A stretch of DNA of 64,000 nt from an uncultured Bacteroidota bacterium (GCA_963703365.1 OY969815.1:1856605-1920604); one strand, 5' to 3'. Shown: positions 24,601 through 35,096, counted from the first letter of the stretch. A program made the numbers and translations. Notes: generated by a model not told the origin, from the letters alone.

Positions 24601-26037
24601 ATGCATTATCCATGGTGGTACGTCTCTAATCTCACCGGCCCTATGCTAATCGCCTTGATCGCAACAGTTCACGTTTTCGTTTCTATGTACGCGGTTGGAG
24701 GAGGAATCTATTTGGCAGGAGAAACCAGCTACGCTTACAAAGTTAACAACATATCTCTTCTTGACTATTTAAGATCGCATGCTTTGTTCTTCATATTACT
24801 CACAGTGGTTTTCGGCGCGATAACCGGAGTGGGTATATGGTGGACAATTGGTTTGACATCGCCCTTAGCGACTGAGTCGCTGATCCACATTTTCGTATTC
24901 GGATGGGCGATGGAATATGTTTTTTTCGCACTTGAAATAACTTCGGCATTCATCTTTTACTATTACTGGGGAAGACTCGAGCCGAAAGTCCACAAAACCA
25001 TTGGATGGATTTATGCTCTGTCCGCTTGGATCAGCCTCGTGCTCATAACCGGCATAACAGCATTTCAACTTGACATCGGGAACTGGACACCGGAAAAAGG
25101 AATGTGGTCCGCATTCTTTAATCCGCAAACATTCCCACAAATAATCGCAAGAACCGGCGCCTCGTTATTGATGGCATCATTGTATGTCTTCTTGCACGCA
25201 TCGATCAAGCTGAGGCTTGACAACGAGCTTCGCTCCCTCGTCGGAACAAAAGCGGCAAAATGGGGAATGGCCGGTGCAGTGCTGGTAACGATCGGCGGAA
25301 TATGGTGGTACGCAGATCTTCCTCAAAGCGGAAAGGATGCGCTTACCGCCGCTAGTGCGCTGAACATCCTGACAATAATCATCTTTGCAGCTTCCATCGT
25401 GGTTTTTTTTATGCTTTATTTCGGTCCGTACCGCAACCCGAATTGGATTACGCCGGGATTTGCAATATTGTTTTTCCTTATCGGCATAGCGGCTACTGGA
25501 ACTGGCGAGTTCATAAGAGAATCGACCAGAAAGCCGTACATAATCTATAATTATGTCGTCGGGAACAATGTCCTCGTGAGCGAAATTCCGAAATTGCAAA
25601 AAGAAGGTTATCTAAACGGCGGAGTTTGGACAAAGGGGTTTATGAAAGCGTATTATCCGGAAGTGTTCGACAAAGATGGGAATATCGACAATCAAAAACT
25701 CGTCCGGCTTCCGGAAAAAGACCAGGTAAAGGTTGGCGAAGTAATTTTTCAATATCATTGCAACGACTGCCATTCGCAAAACGGCTTCTCGGCGGTTTCC
25801 GAATTGACTCGTGGCTGGACGCCAGACATGATCAACACAGTCATCATTTATTTAGACGCCGCACACTTCTTCATGCCTCCATGGGCAGGCACCAAACAGG
25901 AGGCCGATGTTCTCGCAAAGTACATCAAGTCATTATCACAGCCGCATCCCGCTGGAATGAAATACAGTTTCGTCCCGCCACGTCAGGATCCGTCCGGGAC
26001 AGTACCCGCAAATGAAAATGAAGGAGATGCAAAATGA
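24601..26037 (+). CDS. cytochrome bd subunit I (CydA)-like membrane protein with C-terminal monoheme cytochrome c domain
   Basis: 478 aa, about 8 hydrophobic segments. TM1 His (ATVHVFVSMYAVGGG), paired Glu (GWAMEYVFFALEITS) and FNP motif align by eye to CydA. The C-terminal soluble region carries CNDCH. RBS GGAGG. Confidence 0.75.
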   Translation: MHYPWWYVSNLTGPMLIALIATVHVFVSMYAVGGGIYLAGETSYAYKVNNISLLDYLRSHALFFILLTVVFGAITGVGIWWTIGLTSPLATESLIHIFVFGWAMEYVFFALEITSAFIFYYYWGRLEPKVHKTIGWIYALSAWISLVLITGITAFQLDIGNWTPEKGMWSAFFNPQTFPQIIARTGASLLMASLYVFLHASIKLRLDNELRSLVGTKAAKWGMAGAVLVTIGGIWWYADLPQSGKDALTAASALNILTIIIFAASIVVFFMLYFGPYRNPNWITPGFAILFFLIGIAATGTGEFIRESTRKPYIIYNYVVGNNVLVSEIPKLQKEGYLNGGVWTKGFMKAYYPEVFDKDGNIDNQKLVRLPEKDQVKVGEVIFQYHCNDCHSQNGFSAVSELTRGWTPDMINTVIIYLDAAHFFMPPWAGTKQEADVLAKYIKSLSQPHPAGMKYSFVPPRQDPSGTVPANENEGDAK

Positions 26038-27167
26038 ATCCACAAGATTTGATCGCTCCATCATCAAGTTTAGACAACCCCGCACCTTTCTGGTTCATAA
26101 CTTTCTTTAAAGTTCTCGGGTTTATACTGCACATGATCCCGATGAACATCTGGTACGCCGGAATGCTGTTAGTGGCGATCTTCGCAACTTTTGGCAAAAA
26201 CAACTCTAAAGAGCTTGCACATCGGCTTTCCCGCAGTATGCCGATCATAGTCGCAATTGGAGTGAACCTCGGAATTGTTCCACTCCTTTTCACGCAGGTT
26301 GGTTACTATCAATTCTATTATCCCGCCGGCGTGCTCATCGCCTGGCCATGGATCAGTGTAATCATCTTGTTAACTGTCGCATATTATTGTGTATATGTTT
26401 ATTCACTCAACGTGCGGAAGAACAAGAAAGCAAAATTTGCCATCGCCTCAGTTTGGATAAGCTCGATATTATTTATTACAATAGGCTTTTTATTCGCGAA
26501 TAATTTCAGCTTGATGGTAAACTTAGACAACTGGATCAACATTTTCAATCGCACAAACGTCGGCGGCGCTCCGACTGGACTCGCACTTAACACTTCGGAC
26601 CCGACACTCTTTCCCCGGTGGCTGATGATGTTTGGAATTGCAATGATGACAACGGCGGTTTATGTCGTGTTCGACGCCTTCTATTTCAAGAAAACTTCAA
26701 CCTCGGACGAATATAAAATGTGGGCCGTAAAATTCGCGTTCGGATTTTTCACACTTGGAATGATCTGGTTCGCTGCAATGGGAGGCTGGTACATCTTCGG
26801 CACGATGGATAAATTTACACTCCATCGAGTAGGCGGCACACCATTAATGATCGTCATCTTCCTCTTGACGGCGATTTCACCAACTGCACCATGGTTCACC
26901 ATGCTGCTGATGCGCAAGAGAGCCAAAAAGAGTTTGGCAATAATTGCAGTCATCACTCAATTTGTAGTTGTAACTTTGAATGCGGTCAGCAGACAGTGGG
27001 TTCAGAACACGGAGCTTTTGAGATACAGCGACGTTTCAAAATTGGCAGTCAACACGCAATGGAGCCCGATGATATTGTTTCTCGTTTTATTCGTTATCGG
27101 ACTTGCTGTAGTAGGATGGATGATTTCAAAAATAATAGCAGTAGAACGACAAGTGGACAAAATTTGA
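26034..27167 (+). CDS. polytopic membrane protein, putative partner subunit of the CydA-like protein
   Basis: 377 aa, about 9-10 hydrophobic segments. Its start overlaps the upstream stop (ATGA at 26034-26037). CydB-like identity not established. Confidence 0.6.
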   Translation: MNPQDLIAPSSSLDNPAPFWFITFFKVLGFILHMIPMNIWYAGMLLVAIFATFGKNNSKELAHRLSRSMPIIVAIGVNLGIVPLLFTQVGYYQFYYPAGVLIAWPWISVIILLTVAYYCVYVYSLNVRKNKKAKFAIASVWISSILFITIGFLFANNFSLMVNLDNWINIFNRTNVGGAPTGLALNTSDPTLFPRWLMMFGIAMMTTAVYVVFDAFYFKKTSTSDEYKMWAVKFAFGFFTLGMIWFAAMGGWYIFGTMDKFTLHRVGGTPLMIVIFLLTAISPTAPWFTMLLMRKRAKKSLAIIAVITQFVVVTLNAVSRQWVQNTELLRYSDVSKLAVNTQWSPMILFLVLFVIGLAVVGWMISKIIAVERQVDKI

Positions 27168-27172
27168 CCGTT

Positions 27173-27206
27173 ATGTGACCCGCCACATCTAAAGTGACGG
27201 TCACAT
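27173..27206. terminator. hairpin between convergent genes (ATGTGACC ... GGTCACAT)
   Basis: 8-bp stem with an 18-nt loop in the 40-nt gap between the 26034-27167 ORF and engB. No clear T tract. Confidence 0.3.
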
Positions 27207-27207
27207 T

Positions 27208-27804
27208 CTAATCTTTCGCTTGCGTGAAATTTTCTATTAGTTTTACAAGTTCAGGACGTCCCTGGCCGGAAACCGAGGAGAATGGGAGAAAGCACTGACA
27301 AAATTTCAACCCTGGCAAATGCGCTTTCGCGCGTGCCATGTGCACATTCATTTTATTCTGAGAAAGCTTATCCGACTTTGTCATGACAATAACGTAAGGT
27401 ATATTATAGAACTCGAGCCACCCTATCATAATCTTGTCAAGCTCCATCGGCTCATGTCGCGCATCGAGAATCTGGACAACAAGCTTCAATTGTTTTCTTT
27501 CCTGAAGATATGTTTCAACAAGCTTTGCCCAACTTGACTTCATGTGCTCAGGAGCAATTGCATATCCGTATCCGGGAAGGTCAACAAAATAGTTTTCGTC
27601 GTTTACCAAAAAGAAATTTAGAGAGCGCGTTTTCCCAGGGGCAGAGCTTGCCTGAGCAAGATTCTTTTTGTTGCAAACTTTATTAATCAAAGAAGACTTG
27701 CCTACATTAGACCTTCCGATAAAAGCAACTTCCGGCAAGTCTGTGTCGGGCACCTGCGAATAGTCCACAGCACTTGTAACAAATTTCGCTTTGTCAATCT
27801 TCAT
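27208..27804 (-). CDS. engB: ribosome biogenesis GTP-binding protein YsxC/EngB
   Basis: 198 aa. GRSNVGKSSLIN P-loop, DLPGYG and TKSDK motifs. Confidence 0.9.
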   Translation of the reverse strand: MKIDKAKFVTSAVDYSQVPDTDLPEVAFIGRSNVGKSSLINKVCNKKNLAQASSAPGKTRSLNFFLVNDENYFVDLPGYGYAIAPEHMKSSWAKLVETYLQERKQLKLVVQILDARHEPMELDKIMIGWLEFYNIPYVIVMTKSDKLSQNKMNVHMARAKAHLPGLKFCQCFLPFSSVSGQGRPELVKLIENFTQAKD

Positions 27805-27903
27805 AAGATCGTATCCCCATCGTCTTTAAGCACAGGTAAATTTAATACAAAATGGGATAAATCTCAATCCACGATGACCTATGAATCCAACCGGGCCGGG
27901 AAA

Positions 27904-28371
27904 TTATTGCTGGGCTTGCGGCGTCTCAGCAGCTTTCTCTTTCTTCTCTTCGGCGGGCTGGCTGCCTTCTTTTTCCTTTGCAGGCTTACGGCGCTTCTCG
28001 GCTTCATCGGCGGCATTGAAATCTACGAGTTCAATGATGGCTACTTCACCACCGTCGCCATGGCGCTGACCCAACTTTATAACGCGAGTATAACCGCCCG
28101 GTCTTTCTTGAACTTTTGGCGCTATTTCGCCAAATAGAATCTTAACAGCTTCTCTATCTTTGATAAAACGTGAGACATGTCTTCGAGCTGGCACGTTGTC
28201 TTTCTTTGCCTTCGTGATCAACGGCTCGACGAACGTACGCATCTCCTTAGCTTTAGCAAGCGTCGTTCTCACTTGTTTATATAATATCAGACTTGTCGCC
28301 AATGATTCCATCAACGCTTTACGATGGCTGGCTGTCCTTTTTAATTTTCTTCCTTTGTTCAGATGTCTCAT
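27904..28371 (-). CDS. rplQ: 50S ribosomal protein L17 (with Lys/Glu-rich C-terminal extension)
   Basis: MRHLNKGRKLKRTASHRKALMESLATSL... is canonical L17. Last gene of the alpha operon. Confidence 0.95.
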   Translation of the reverse strand: MRHLNKGRKLKRTASHRKALMESLATSLILYKQVRTTLAKAKEMRTFVEPLITKAKKDNVPARRHVSRFIKDREAVKILFGEIAPKVQERPGGYTRVIKLGQRHGDGGEVAIIELVDFNAADEAEKRRKPAKEKEGSQPAEEKKEKAAETPQAQQ

Positions 28372-28386
28372 TTCAATAAACTCCGC

Positions 28387-29376
28387 TTACTCGTTGTCGT
28401 CTTTCAAATACTTGCTGATATCCATACCAAAATTTAAACCCATGCTTCCGATTTTTTCAGCAAGCTCCGCAAGCGACTTACGACCGAAATTTCTAAATTT
28501 CAAAAGCTCCGCCTCATCATGGTTCACTAGTTCGGAGATCGTATGGATGTTCGCTGCCTTCAAACAATTATGGGCGCGAACGGAAAGCTCAAGCTCATCA
28601 ACCGATGTCTTCAAGAGTTTTCTGATTCTCGCCGCTTCTTCCTCCTGGGCTGAACCTTCGTCTGAAGCTTCCTGATGAATTCCGAGATTGAGGAAAAGCT
28701 GGATGTGATCCTGCAACATCTTCGCTGCGGTTGTCACTGCATCTTCCGGCGTGATGGAACCGTCGGTCTCCACTTCAAGAGTTAATTTTTCAAGAGTTGT
28801 CTTCTCACCAACTCCTGTGGGCTGGACAAAAAATCTCACGTTCCTGATGGGTGAGAAAAGCGCATCGATGGAAATTAAATCTTCAGGAGCCTCCGTGAGC
28901 TTATGATCCTCGGCTGGTTCATAACCTTTGCCTCGGCTGATTCGCAACTCAACTTCTATTTCCTTGGAATCGCTCAACGCGGCTATATGATGCTGCGGAT
29001 TCAAGACCTCTATCTGCGGGAATTGCCGTTGGATTTCTTCTGATGTAAAATCACCAGGACCTTTAAGCTTCAGGCTTATCTTATTAATTTTTTTGTCGAT
29101 CAATTTTATACGGACACCTTTCAGGTTCAGCGTAAAGTCCACAAGATCTTCCGACAATCCTTTGATCGTTGAAAATTCGTGAAGCGCCCCTGGAATTCTA
29201 AAGTGTGTAAACGCCCATCCGGGAATCGATGATAGAAGGACTCTCCGGAAAGAATTTCCCAACGTGGTTGCATAGCCGCGTTCCAATGGCTCTACGAAAA
29301 AACGTCCGAACGTATTACTATAGCTTGACTGGTCCAAAATTATTGTTTCTGGCATTTGCAATTTCACAGCGCTCAT
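28387..29376 (-). CDS. rpoA: DNA-directed RNA polymerase subunit alpha
   Basis: 329 aa. GRFFVEPLERGYATTLGNSFRRVLLSS N-terminal domain and a C-terminal domain (ELSVRAHNCLK). Confidence 0.97.
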   Translation of the reverse strand: MSAVKLQMPETIILDQSSYSNTFGRFFVEPLERGYATTLGNSFRRVLLSSIPGWAFTHFRIPGALHEFSTIKGLSEDLVDFTLNLKGVRIKLIDKKINKISLKLKGPGDFTSEEIQRQFPQIEVLNPQHHIAALSDSKEIEVELRISRGKGYEPAEDHKLTEAPEDLISIDALFSPIRNVRFFVQPTGVGEKTTLEKLTLEVETDGSITPEDAVTTAAKMLQDHIQLFLNLGIHQEASDEGSAQEEEAARIRKLLKTSVDELELSVRAHNCLKAANIHTISELVNHDEAELLKFRNFGRKSLAELAEKIGSMGLNFGMDISKYLKDDNE

Positions 29377-29440
29377 TAGATTTTCACCTCAATTAAATTT
29401 TTGATTTGCTAGTCCGTTTATAAGTTCACCGCGTTATAAA

Positions 29441-30073
29441 TTATTTAGAATACAACTCAACGATGAGCTGCTCATTTACATCCGGCAGCGGTATCTCAGA
29501 GCGCTCCGGGACTTGCAGAAATGTTCCTATCAACTGCGCCTTATCGAGTTGTAAATATGGCGGCAGCATTCCATCCTTCACTCGCTTTAATGAAGAGTGG
29601 ATGACATCAAGCTGATTGCTTCTCTCGGCTACTTTTATAATATCGCCGGCTTTCAGGAGATATGATCCGACGTCAACATGTTTGCCGTTGACGAGAAAAT
29701 GACCATGGAGCACAAGCTGGCGCGCGGATTTCCTTGATGGAGCGAACCCAAGCCGGTACAAAACATTATCAAGCCTGCGCTCAAGAAGCTTCAGAAGATT
29801 CTCGCCGGTTCTTCCTTTCTGATGACTAGCCATTTCAAAATAATGACTAAATTGATTTTCGAATATTCCATAGATTCTTTTGACTTTTTGCTTTTCGCGC
29901 AGCTGCACGCCGTATTCACTAACCTTTGCTCTCCTTCGAACTCCATGTTGACCAGGCGCATAATTTCGTCTCTCCAACGGACACTTATCAGTGTAACACT
30001 TCACACCTTTAAGAAACAACTTCTGCTTTTCTCTTCTGCAAAGTCTGCAGCTTGCGTCGATGTATCTTGCCAT
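29441..30073 (-). CDS. rpsD: 30S ribosomal protein S4
   Basis: MARYIDASCRLCRREKQKLFLKG... is canonical S4. Confidence 0.97.
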   Translation of the reverse strand: MARYIDASCRLCRREKQKLFLKGVKCYTDKCPLERRNYAPGQHGVRRRAKVSEYGVQLREKQKVKRIYGIFENQFSHYFEMASHQKGRTGENLLKLLERRLDNVLYRLGFAPSRKSARQLVLHGHFLVNGKHVDVGSYLLKAGDIIKVAERSNQLDVIHSSLKRVKDGMLPPYLQLDKAQLIGTFLQVPERSEIPLPDVNEQLIVELYSK

Positions 30074-30095
30074 TAACTACTCCGAAAAATTTAAT

Positions 30096-30488
30096 TTAAA
30101 CTCTACGTCTCTTTGGAGGTCTGCACCCGTTATGCGGAATCGGCGTTACATCACGAATGCTTGTAATCTCCAGGCCGGCGGTCTGGAGCGACCTTATCGC
30201 TGCCTCGCGACCCGAGCCGGGACCTTTCACCAACACTTCAACTTTCTTCATTCCTAAATTTGTCGCTTCCTTCGCCGCGGCTTCTGCAGCCGACTGAGCG
30301 GCATACGGTGTGCTCTTTCGAGAGCCCTTGAAACCCATCTTTCCTGCTGACGACCATGCTACAATATTTCCGTAGATATCCGTCAATGCGATGACTGTAT
30401 TATTAAACGTTGCTTTGATATGCGCTATGCCGTGTGCATCAACCTGTGTTTTCTTGCGCTTCTTACTACTTGCTGCAACTTTTGCCAA
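30096..30488 (-). CDS. rpsK: 30S ribosomal protein S11
   Basis: [18 protein letters not shown]...[11 protein letters not shown] is canonical S11. Confidence 0.97.
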   Translation of the reverse strand: MAKVAASSKKRKKTQVDAHGIAHIKATFNNTVIALTDIYGNIVAWSSAGKMGFKGSRKSTPYAAQSAAEAAAKEATNLGMKKVEVLVKGPGSGREAAIRSLQTAGLEITSIRDVTPIPHNGCRPPKRRRV

Positions 30489-30506
30489 ATTAAAATCTCC
30501 TATGCT

Positions 30507-30890
30507 TTACTTCTTAGCTAAAACTTTTTTCCTGCCGGCAACCGTTCTTCTCTTCCCCTTACGAGTGCGGGAATTAGTTCTCGTCCGCTGTCCGCGCACC
30601 GGCAATCCTTTGCGATGCCTCAACCCGCGGTAACTTCCAATATCCATGAGGCGTTTTATGTTCATTTGCATTTCGCTTCGCAGCGAGCCTTCAACTTTGT
30701 AATCCGATGTGATGACCTGGCGAATCCTCGCGACTTCTTCGTCGTTTAATTCACCAATTCGTTTGGCCGAGTCAACACCTGCTCTGTCCAATATCTCGAC
30801 TGCAGAGTCGTGACCGATTCCATAAATGTAAGTTAACCCGTATTCGGCTCGCTTGTTCTTTGGTAAATCGACTCCTGAAATTCTCGCCAA
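30507..30890 (-). CDS. rpsM: 30S ribosomal protein S13
   Basis: [26 protein letters not shown] is canonical S13. Confidence 0.97.
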   Translation of the reverse strand: MARISGVDLPKNKRAEYGLTYIYGIGHDSAVEILDRAGVDSAKRIGELNDEEVARIRQVITSDYKVEGSLRSEMQMNIKRLMDIGSYRGLRHRKGLPVRGQRTRTNSRTRKGKRRTVAGRKKVLAKK

Positions 30891-30954
30891 CTTAATTCTC
30901 CTTAATTATTATCTTGATAATCCTAGTAATCAAGTAAATCCTGGCCAATCATGG

Positions 30955-31071
30955 TCAGCCTTGACGCTGCTTGTGTTTCGGATTCTTCTTGCAAATTACC
31001 CTAACAACGCCTTTGCGCTTGATTATCTTGCAATTGTCGCAAAGTTTTCTCACCGATGCTCTGACTTTCAT
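30955..31071 (-). CDS. rpmJ: 50S ribosomal protein L36
   Basis: Not in the ORF track (38 aa). Hand translation [46 protein letters not shown]. Expected position between infA and rpsM. Confidence 0.95.
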   Translation of the reverse strand: MKVRASVRKLCDNCKIIKRKGVVRVICKKNPKHKQRQG

Positions 31072-31080
31072 TTTACTCCC

Positions 31081-31299
31081 TCACTTGTAACGATAAACAA
31101 TTCTGCCTTTGCTTAAGTCATATGGTGAAAGCTCGGCCGTCACCTTGTCTCCGACAAGAATTTTTATAAAATTCATTCTCATTTTTCCCGAGATATGCGC
31201 CAATATTTCGTGGCCGTTGTCTAACTTCACGCGGAAATTCGCGTTCGGCAAAGTTTCGATAATCGTGCCATCAACCTTAATTTGACCTTGTTTAGCCAT
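31081..31299 (-). CDS. infA: translation initiation factor IF-1
   Basis: 72 aa. [41 protein letters not shown]. Confidence 0.97.
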   Translation of the reverse strand: MAKQGQIKVDGTIIETLPNANFRVKLDNGHEILAHISGKMRMNFIKILVGDKVTAELSPYDLSKGRIVYRYK

Positions 31300-32059
31300 T
31301 AGAAACTGTCAATATTTCCGGTTTTTCATTATTTAGTACAATTGTATGTTCAAAATGAGCGGATGGCTTTCCGTCTGATGCATATACTGTCCAGCCGTCT
31401 TTCGCTGTATGAACTTCATAGCTTCCCGCATTGACCATCGGTTCAATTGCGAGCGTCATTCCATTTCTCAGCAACGGTCCTCTTCCTCTCTTGCCGTAAT
31501 TTGGAACGGGAGGATCTTCATGCAGCTTTGTCCCGATACCATGGCCCACCAAATCACGCACAACAGAAAATCCATTTTGTTCGACATAATCCTGGATGGC
31601 TTGAGAAATATCTTCAACGTGATTTCCTGCCACGGCGTTTTCGATCCCCAATCGAAGAGCTTTCTCCGTTACCTCCATCAACTTATTTTTCTCGTCGGAT
31701 ATTTTTCCAACTGCGAAAGTCTTTGCGGCATCTCCATAATATCCATTCTTCACCGCACCGACATCGACGGAAAGCACTTGTCCTTCTTCAAGTCTCCTCG
31801 AACTGGGTATTCCATGAACAACCTGATCGTCAATTGACAAACAAATCGTTGCCGGGAAAAGGTGCTTCTTATCAAACCCGTAACCTTTGAACGCGGGCTT
31901 AGCATTTTGTGAAAGAACATATTCTTCTGCGATCCGATCTAGTTCCTCGGTAGTTATTCCGGGCTTAATATATTTTTCAACAGCGTTTAAAATTCCGGCA
32001 GCTACCTTACCAGCCTCGCGCATCAGATCTATTTCGCGGGGCGTCTTCACACTTATCAT
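31292..32059 (-). CDS. map: type I methionine aminopeptidase
   Basis: 255 aa. Metal-ligand blocks (DVGA.., GHGIG, EPM). Confidence 0.95.
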   Translation of the reverse strand: MISVKTPREIDLMREAGKVAAGILNAVEKYIKPGITTEELDRIAEEYVLSQNAKPAFKGYGFDKKHLFPATICLSIDDQVVHGIPSSRRLEEGQVLSVDVGAVKNGYYGDAAKTFAVGKISDEKNKLMEVTEKALRLGIENAVAGNHVEDISQAIQDYVEQNGFSVVRDLVGHGIGTKLHEDPPVPNYGKRGRGPLLRNGMTLAIEPMVNAGSYEVHTAKDGWTVYASDGKPSAHFEHTIVLNNEKPEILTVSNG

Positions 32060-32065
32060 AGAAAA

Positions 32066-33409
32066 TTAAGAATACCGACGACTCTTCAACTTTCCGGTTT
32101 TCATGAAACCATCATAGTGGTGCATAACGAGTTGAGACTCCACCTGCTGAAGCGTATCCAGAACAACTCCTACAATTATTAGCAGACTCGTTCCGCCGAA
32201 GAAAGAAGCGAATGTGTTGCTGATTCCGAAGCGTACCATGAAAGCTGGCAATATTGCAATAATTGCCAGAAATATAGAACCGGGAAGCGTAATCTTTGTA
32301 AGGATATTGTCGATGAAATCGGACGTATGTTGGCCAGGTCTTATGCCCGGCACAAAACCGCCTTGCTTTTTCATATTGTCTGCCACGTCTTTCGGATTAA
32401 ATGCAATCGCGGTATAAAAATAAGTAAAGAAGATGATCATCAACGCGTAGATGAACGAATAGACAAACGACGTGTACGAAAAATATCCCGCGATGCTCTG
32501 CATGAATTCATTTTCAGGAAAAAAAGTAAGTATTGTCTGCGGGACAAACATGATTGACTGCGCAAAAATAATCGGCATAACTCCCGCAGTGTTTACTCTT
32601 ACGGGAATGTATTGCGTCACCCCACCATAAACTTTTCTACCGACGACTCTTTTTGCATACTGAACCGGAATTTTGCGCGTGCCTTGCGTAACCAAAACAA
32701 CCGCGGCAACTATCGCAATCATCAAGGCGACCACGACCAATTCGGAAATGAGTCCTCGAGATCCGGAGCTGACAAGCTGGTATTCATCAAGCACTGCGTT
32801 CGGGAACCGCGCAAGAATTCCGATAAAGATGATGAGCGAAATTCCGTTACCGATTCCTTTTTCTGTGATCTGCTCGCCGAGCCACATCATAAAGATCGTG
32901 CCCGCAGATAAAACAATAACGGTTGATATGGTGAATCCTAACCCGCGGACGATCTCCGGAACCACAGGCAATCCACCGGAAGTTGTCATGCTTTGAAGTC
33001 TGACGCTTATGCCCCAGCCTTGCAGTGCAGCAATTATCACCGTACCATAGCGAGTCAACTGCGTGATTTTCTTGTGGCCTTCCTCGCCTTCCTTCTGGAG
33101 TTTTTGGAAATATGGAACGACGGCACCTAACAATTGAATTACAATTGATGCGCTGATATAAGGCATGATGCCTTCGGCGAATACTGCAGCATTCTGAAAT
33201 GCTCCGCCGGCGAAGAGATCGTACAAACCGAAAAGGGTGTTCTGCGACTGCGCGCGCACCGCTTCAGCAAGCAGCGAGGCATCGACGCCCGGCAAAGTAA
33301 TGTGGGCTCCGATTCGCACGACAATGAGCAAGCCTGCAGAGTAAAGAATGCGCTTCCGCAGATCCTCAACTTTGAAAATATTTCTCAGACTATCAGTTAG
33401 TCTTGACAT
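32066..33409 (-). CDS. secY: preprotein translocase subunit SecY
   Basis: 447 aa, 10-TM pattern, with the GIMPYISASI and GTSLLI motifs. Confidence 0.97.
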   Translation of the reverse strand: MSRLTDSLRNIFKVEDLRKRILYSAGLLIVVRIGAHITLPGVDASLLAEAVRAQSQNTLFGLYDLFAGGAFQNAAVFAEGIMPYISASIVIQLLGAVVPYFQKLQKEGEEGHKKITQLTRYGTVIIAALQGWGISVRLQSMTTSGGLPVVPEIVRGLGFTISTVIVLSAGTIFMMWLGEQITEKGIGNGISLIIFIGILARFPNAVLDEYQLVSSGSRGLISELVVVALMIAIVAAVVLVTQGTRKIPVQYAKRVVGRKVYGGVTQYIPVRVNTAGVMPIIFAQSIMFVPQTILTFFPENEFMQSIAGYFSYTSFVYSFIYALMIIFFTYFYTAIAFNPKDVADNMKKQGGFVPGIRPGQHTSDFIDNILTKITLPGSIFLAIIAILPAFMVRFGISNTFASFFGGTSLLIIVGVVLDTLQQVESQLVMHHYDGFMKTGKLKSRRYS

Positions 33410-33412
33410 GTG

Positions 33413-33925
33413 TTATGACTCAACTGTTTTTGTTGCAGTTCCAACAGAATCTTTTGGGGCAAACTCAGGAATTTTCTTGACCGACCCACCTGCAGCTTCA
33501 ATTTTTTTCGACGCCGAATCGCTGAAAGCATTCGCGGAAACATCTAATTTTTTCGACAGCGTACCATCACCTAAAATTTTCACTGGCTCAGATTTTTTCG
33601 ATACAGCACCGAGCCTGTACAAAACTTCCGGTGTTACCATGCCGTCAGCCAATTTCCCATCATCTGCTAATTTTCCGAGAGTCGATACGTTAACGATTTG
33701 ATATTCTACTCTGAAGGGACTCTTGAAACCGAATTTTGGAATCCGGCGGTTGAGCGGCATCTGGCCACCTTCGAACCATGGCCTGATTTGATCACCAGAT
33801 CGCGAACGCTGGCCTTTATGGCCCTTGCCGGCCGTTTTACCGTGTCCGGAACCGACACCGCGACCGATGCGTTTCACTTTCTTCCTAGCACCTGGGGCAT
33901 ATTTTAAATTTCCGAGAATATTCAT
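33413..33925 (-). CDS. rplO: 50S ribosomal protein L15 (C-terminally extended)
   Basis: GARKKVKRIGRGVGSGHGKTAGKGHKGQ is canonical L15. 170 aa. Confidence 0.95.
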   Translation of the reverse strand: MNILGNLKYAPGARKKVKRIGRGVGSGHGKTAGKGHKGQRSRSGDQIRPWFEGGQMPLNRRIPKFGFKSPFRVEYQIVNVSTLGKLADDGKLADGMVTPEVLYRLGAVSKKSEPVKILGDGTLSKKLDVSANAFSDSASKKIEAAGGSVKKIPEFAPKDSVGTATKTVES

Positions 33926-33935
33926 CTAAAATCTC

Positions 33936-34124
33936 CTACAGCTCTTCAACTCGAACGAGGTGTTGAACCTTCGCAATCATTCCTCTTGTCTGAGGCGTAT
34001 CTGACTTCACAACTGACTTTCTAATTTTTCCCAGGCCGAGCGCCTTGATGGTACGCTTCTGCGGTTCGGGCCTTTCAATAACACTTCTAATCTGGGTAAT
34101 CTTAATTTTCTTATCGCCGCTCAT
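33936..34124 (-). CDS. rpmD: 50S ribosomal protein L30
   Basis: [26 protein letters not shown] is canonical L30. Confidence 0.95.
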   Translation of the reverse strand: MSGDKKIKITQIRSVIERPEPQKRTIKALGLGKIRKSVVKSDTPQTRGMIAKVQHLVRVEEL

Positions 34125-34708
34125 TTTGCCACCCCTGCCGGTACGTCATTGACTGCTTCGATTTTGGCAGTTGACTCCACACTGAAAATCTCGCGCTTGT
34201 GCAATCCTCTTTTTTCGGAAACCATATTCGCATCCGAGAGATTTAATAGTGCGCGTACCGTTGCCTTAACAATATTATGCGGGTTCGATGAACCCAACGA
34301 TTTCGTCAAGACATCTTGAACACCTGCCGATTCCAAAACAGCACGAACGCCGCCGCCGGCAATTACACCTGTACCGGGAGACGCAGGCTTGAGCAAAACT
34401 TTCGCCGCTCCAAATTTTCCGACAATGGAATGCGGAATGGTTCCTTTGAGAACCGCAACATGCACAACGTTCTTTTTCGCGTCATCGACTCCTTTGCTTA
34501 TCGCATCGTTCACTTCGTTCGCTTTGCCGAGACCAATTCCGACATTGCCTTTCCCATCACCGACAACGATTATCGCGTTGAAACTGAAACGTCGTCCACC
34601 TTTCACAACTTTCGCGACGCGGTTAATATGGACCAGTTTCTCTTTAAGTTCTGTATGATCCGGTCTAACTTTTTGTGCGATCTTAAGGTCTTTCAATTTC
34701 ATCTGCAA
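34121..34708 (-). CDS. rpsE: 30S ribosomal protein S5
   Basis: [30 protein letters not shown] is canonical S5. ATGA overlap with rpmD. Confidence 0.96.
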   Translation of the reverse strand: MQMKLKDLKIAQKVRPDHTELKEKLVHINRVAKVVKGGRRFSFNAIIVVGDGKGNVGIGLGKANEVNDAISKGVDDAKKNVVHVAVLKGTIPHSIVGKFGAAKVLLKPASPGTGVIAGGGVRAVLESAGVQDVLTKSLGSSNPHNIVKATVRALLNLSDANMVSEKRGLHKREIFSVESTAKIEAVNDVPAGVAK

Positions 34709-34724
34709 ACCTTTTTAATCATGG

Positions 34725-35096
34725 TCAAAATTTCAAACCGCCTTCGCGAGCTCCATCCGCAAACGCCTTCAACCGACCGTGATACAGATGGCCGGCGCGG
34801 TCAAAAACAACCTGCTGTATATTTTTCTCAAGCGCTTTTTTTGCAAGAGCAACTCCGACAATTTTACTAACGTTCGTTTTTCCTTTGGTAGCTTTCAATT
34901 CTTCGGCAATATCTTTGTTCAAGGTCGATACTTGAAGAATAGTTTTCCCTTGAGTGTCGTCAATAATTGCACCGTAAATATGCTTCAGGCTCCTGAAGAC
35001 AACCAATCGTGGGCGGGCAGCGGTACCTTTTATTCTCGCTCGAAGTCCTCTTCTGGCTCTCCCACGTCGCTCTCTTTTTAATTCAAGATGTCCCAT
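34725..35096 (-). CDS. rplR: 50S ribosomal protein L18
   Basis: RPRLVVFRSLKHIYGAIIDD...FDRAGHLYHGRLKAFADGAREGGLKF is canonical L18. Confidence 0.96.
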   Translation of the reverse strand: MGHLELKRERRGRARRGLRARIKGTAARPRLVVFRSLKHIYGAIIDDTQGKTILQVSTLNKDIAEELKATKGKTNVSKIVGVALAKKALEKNIQQVVFDRAGHLYHGRLKAFADGAREGGLKF

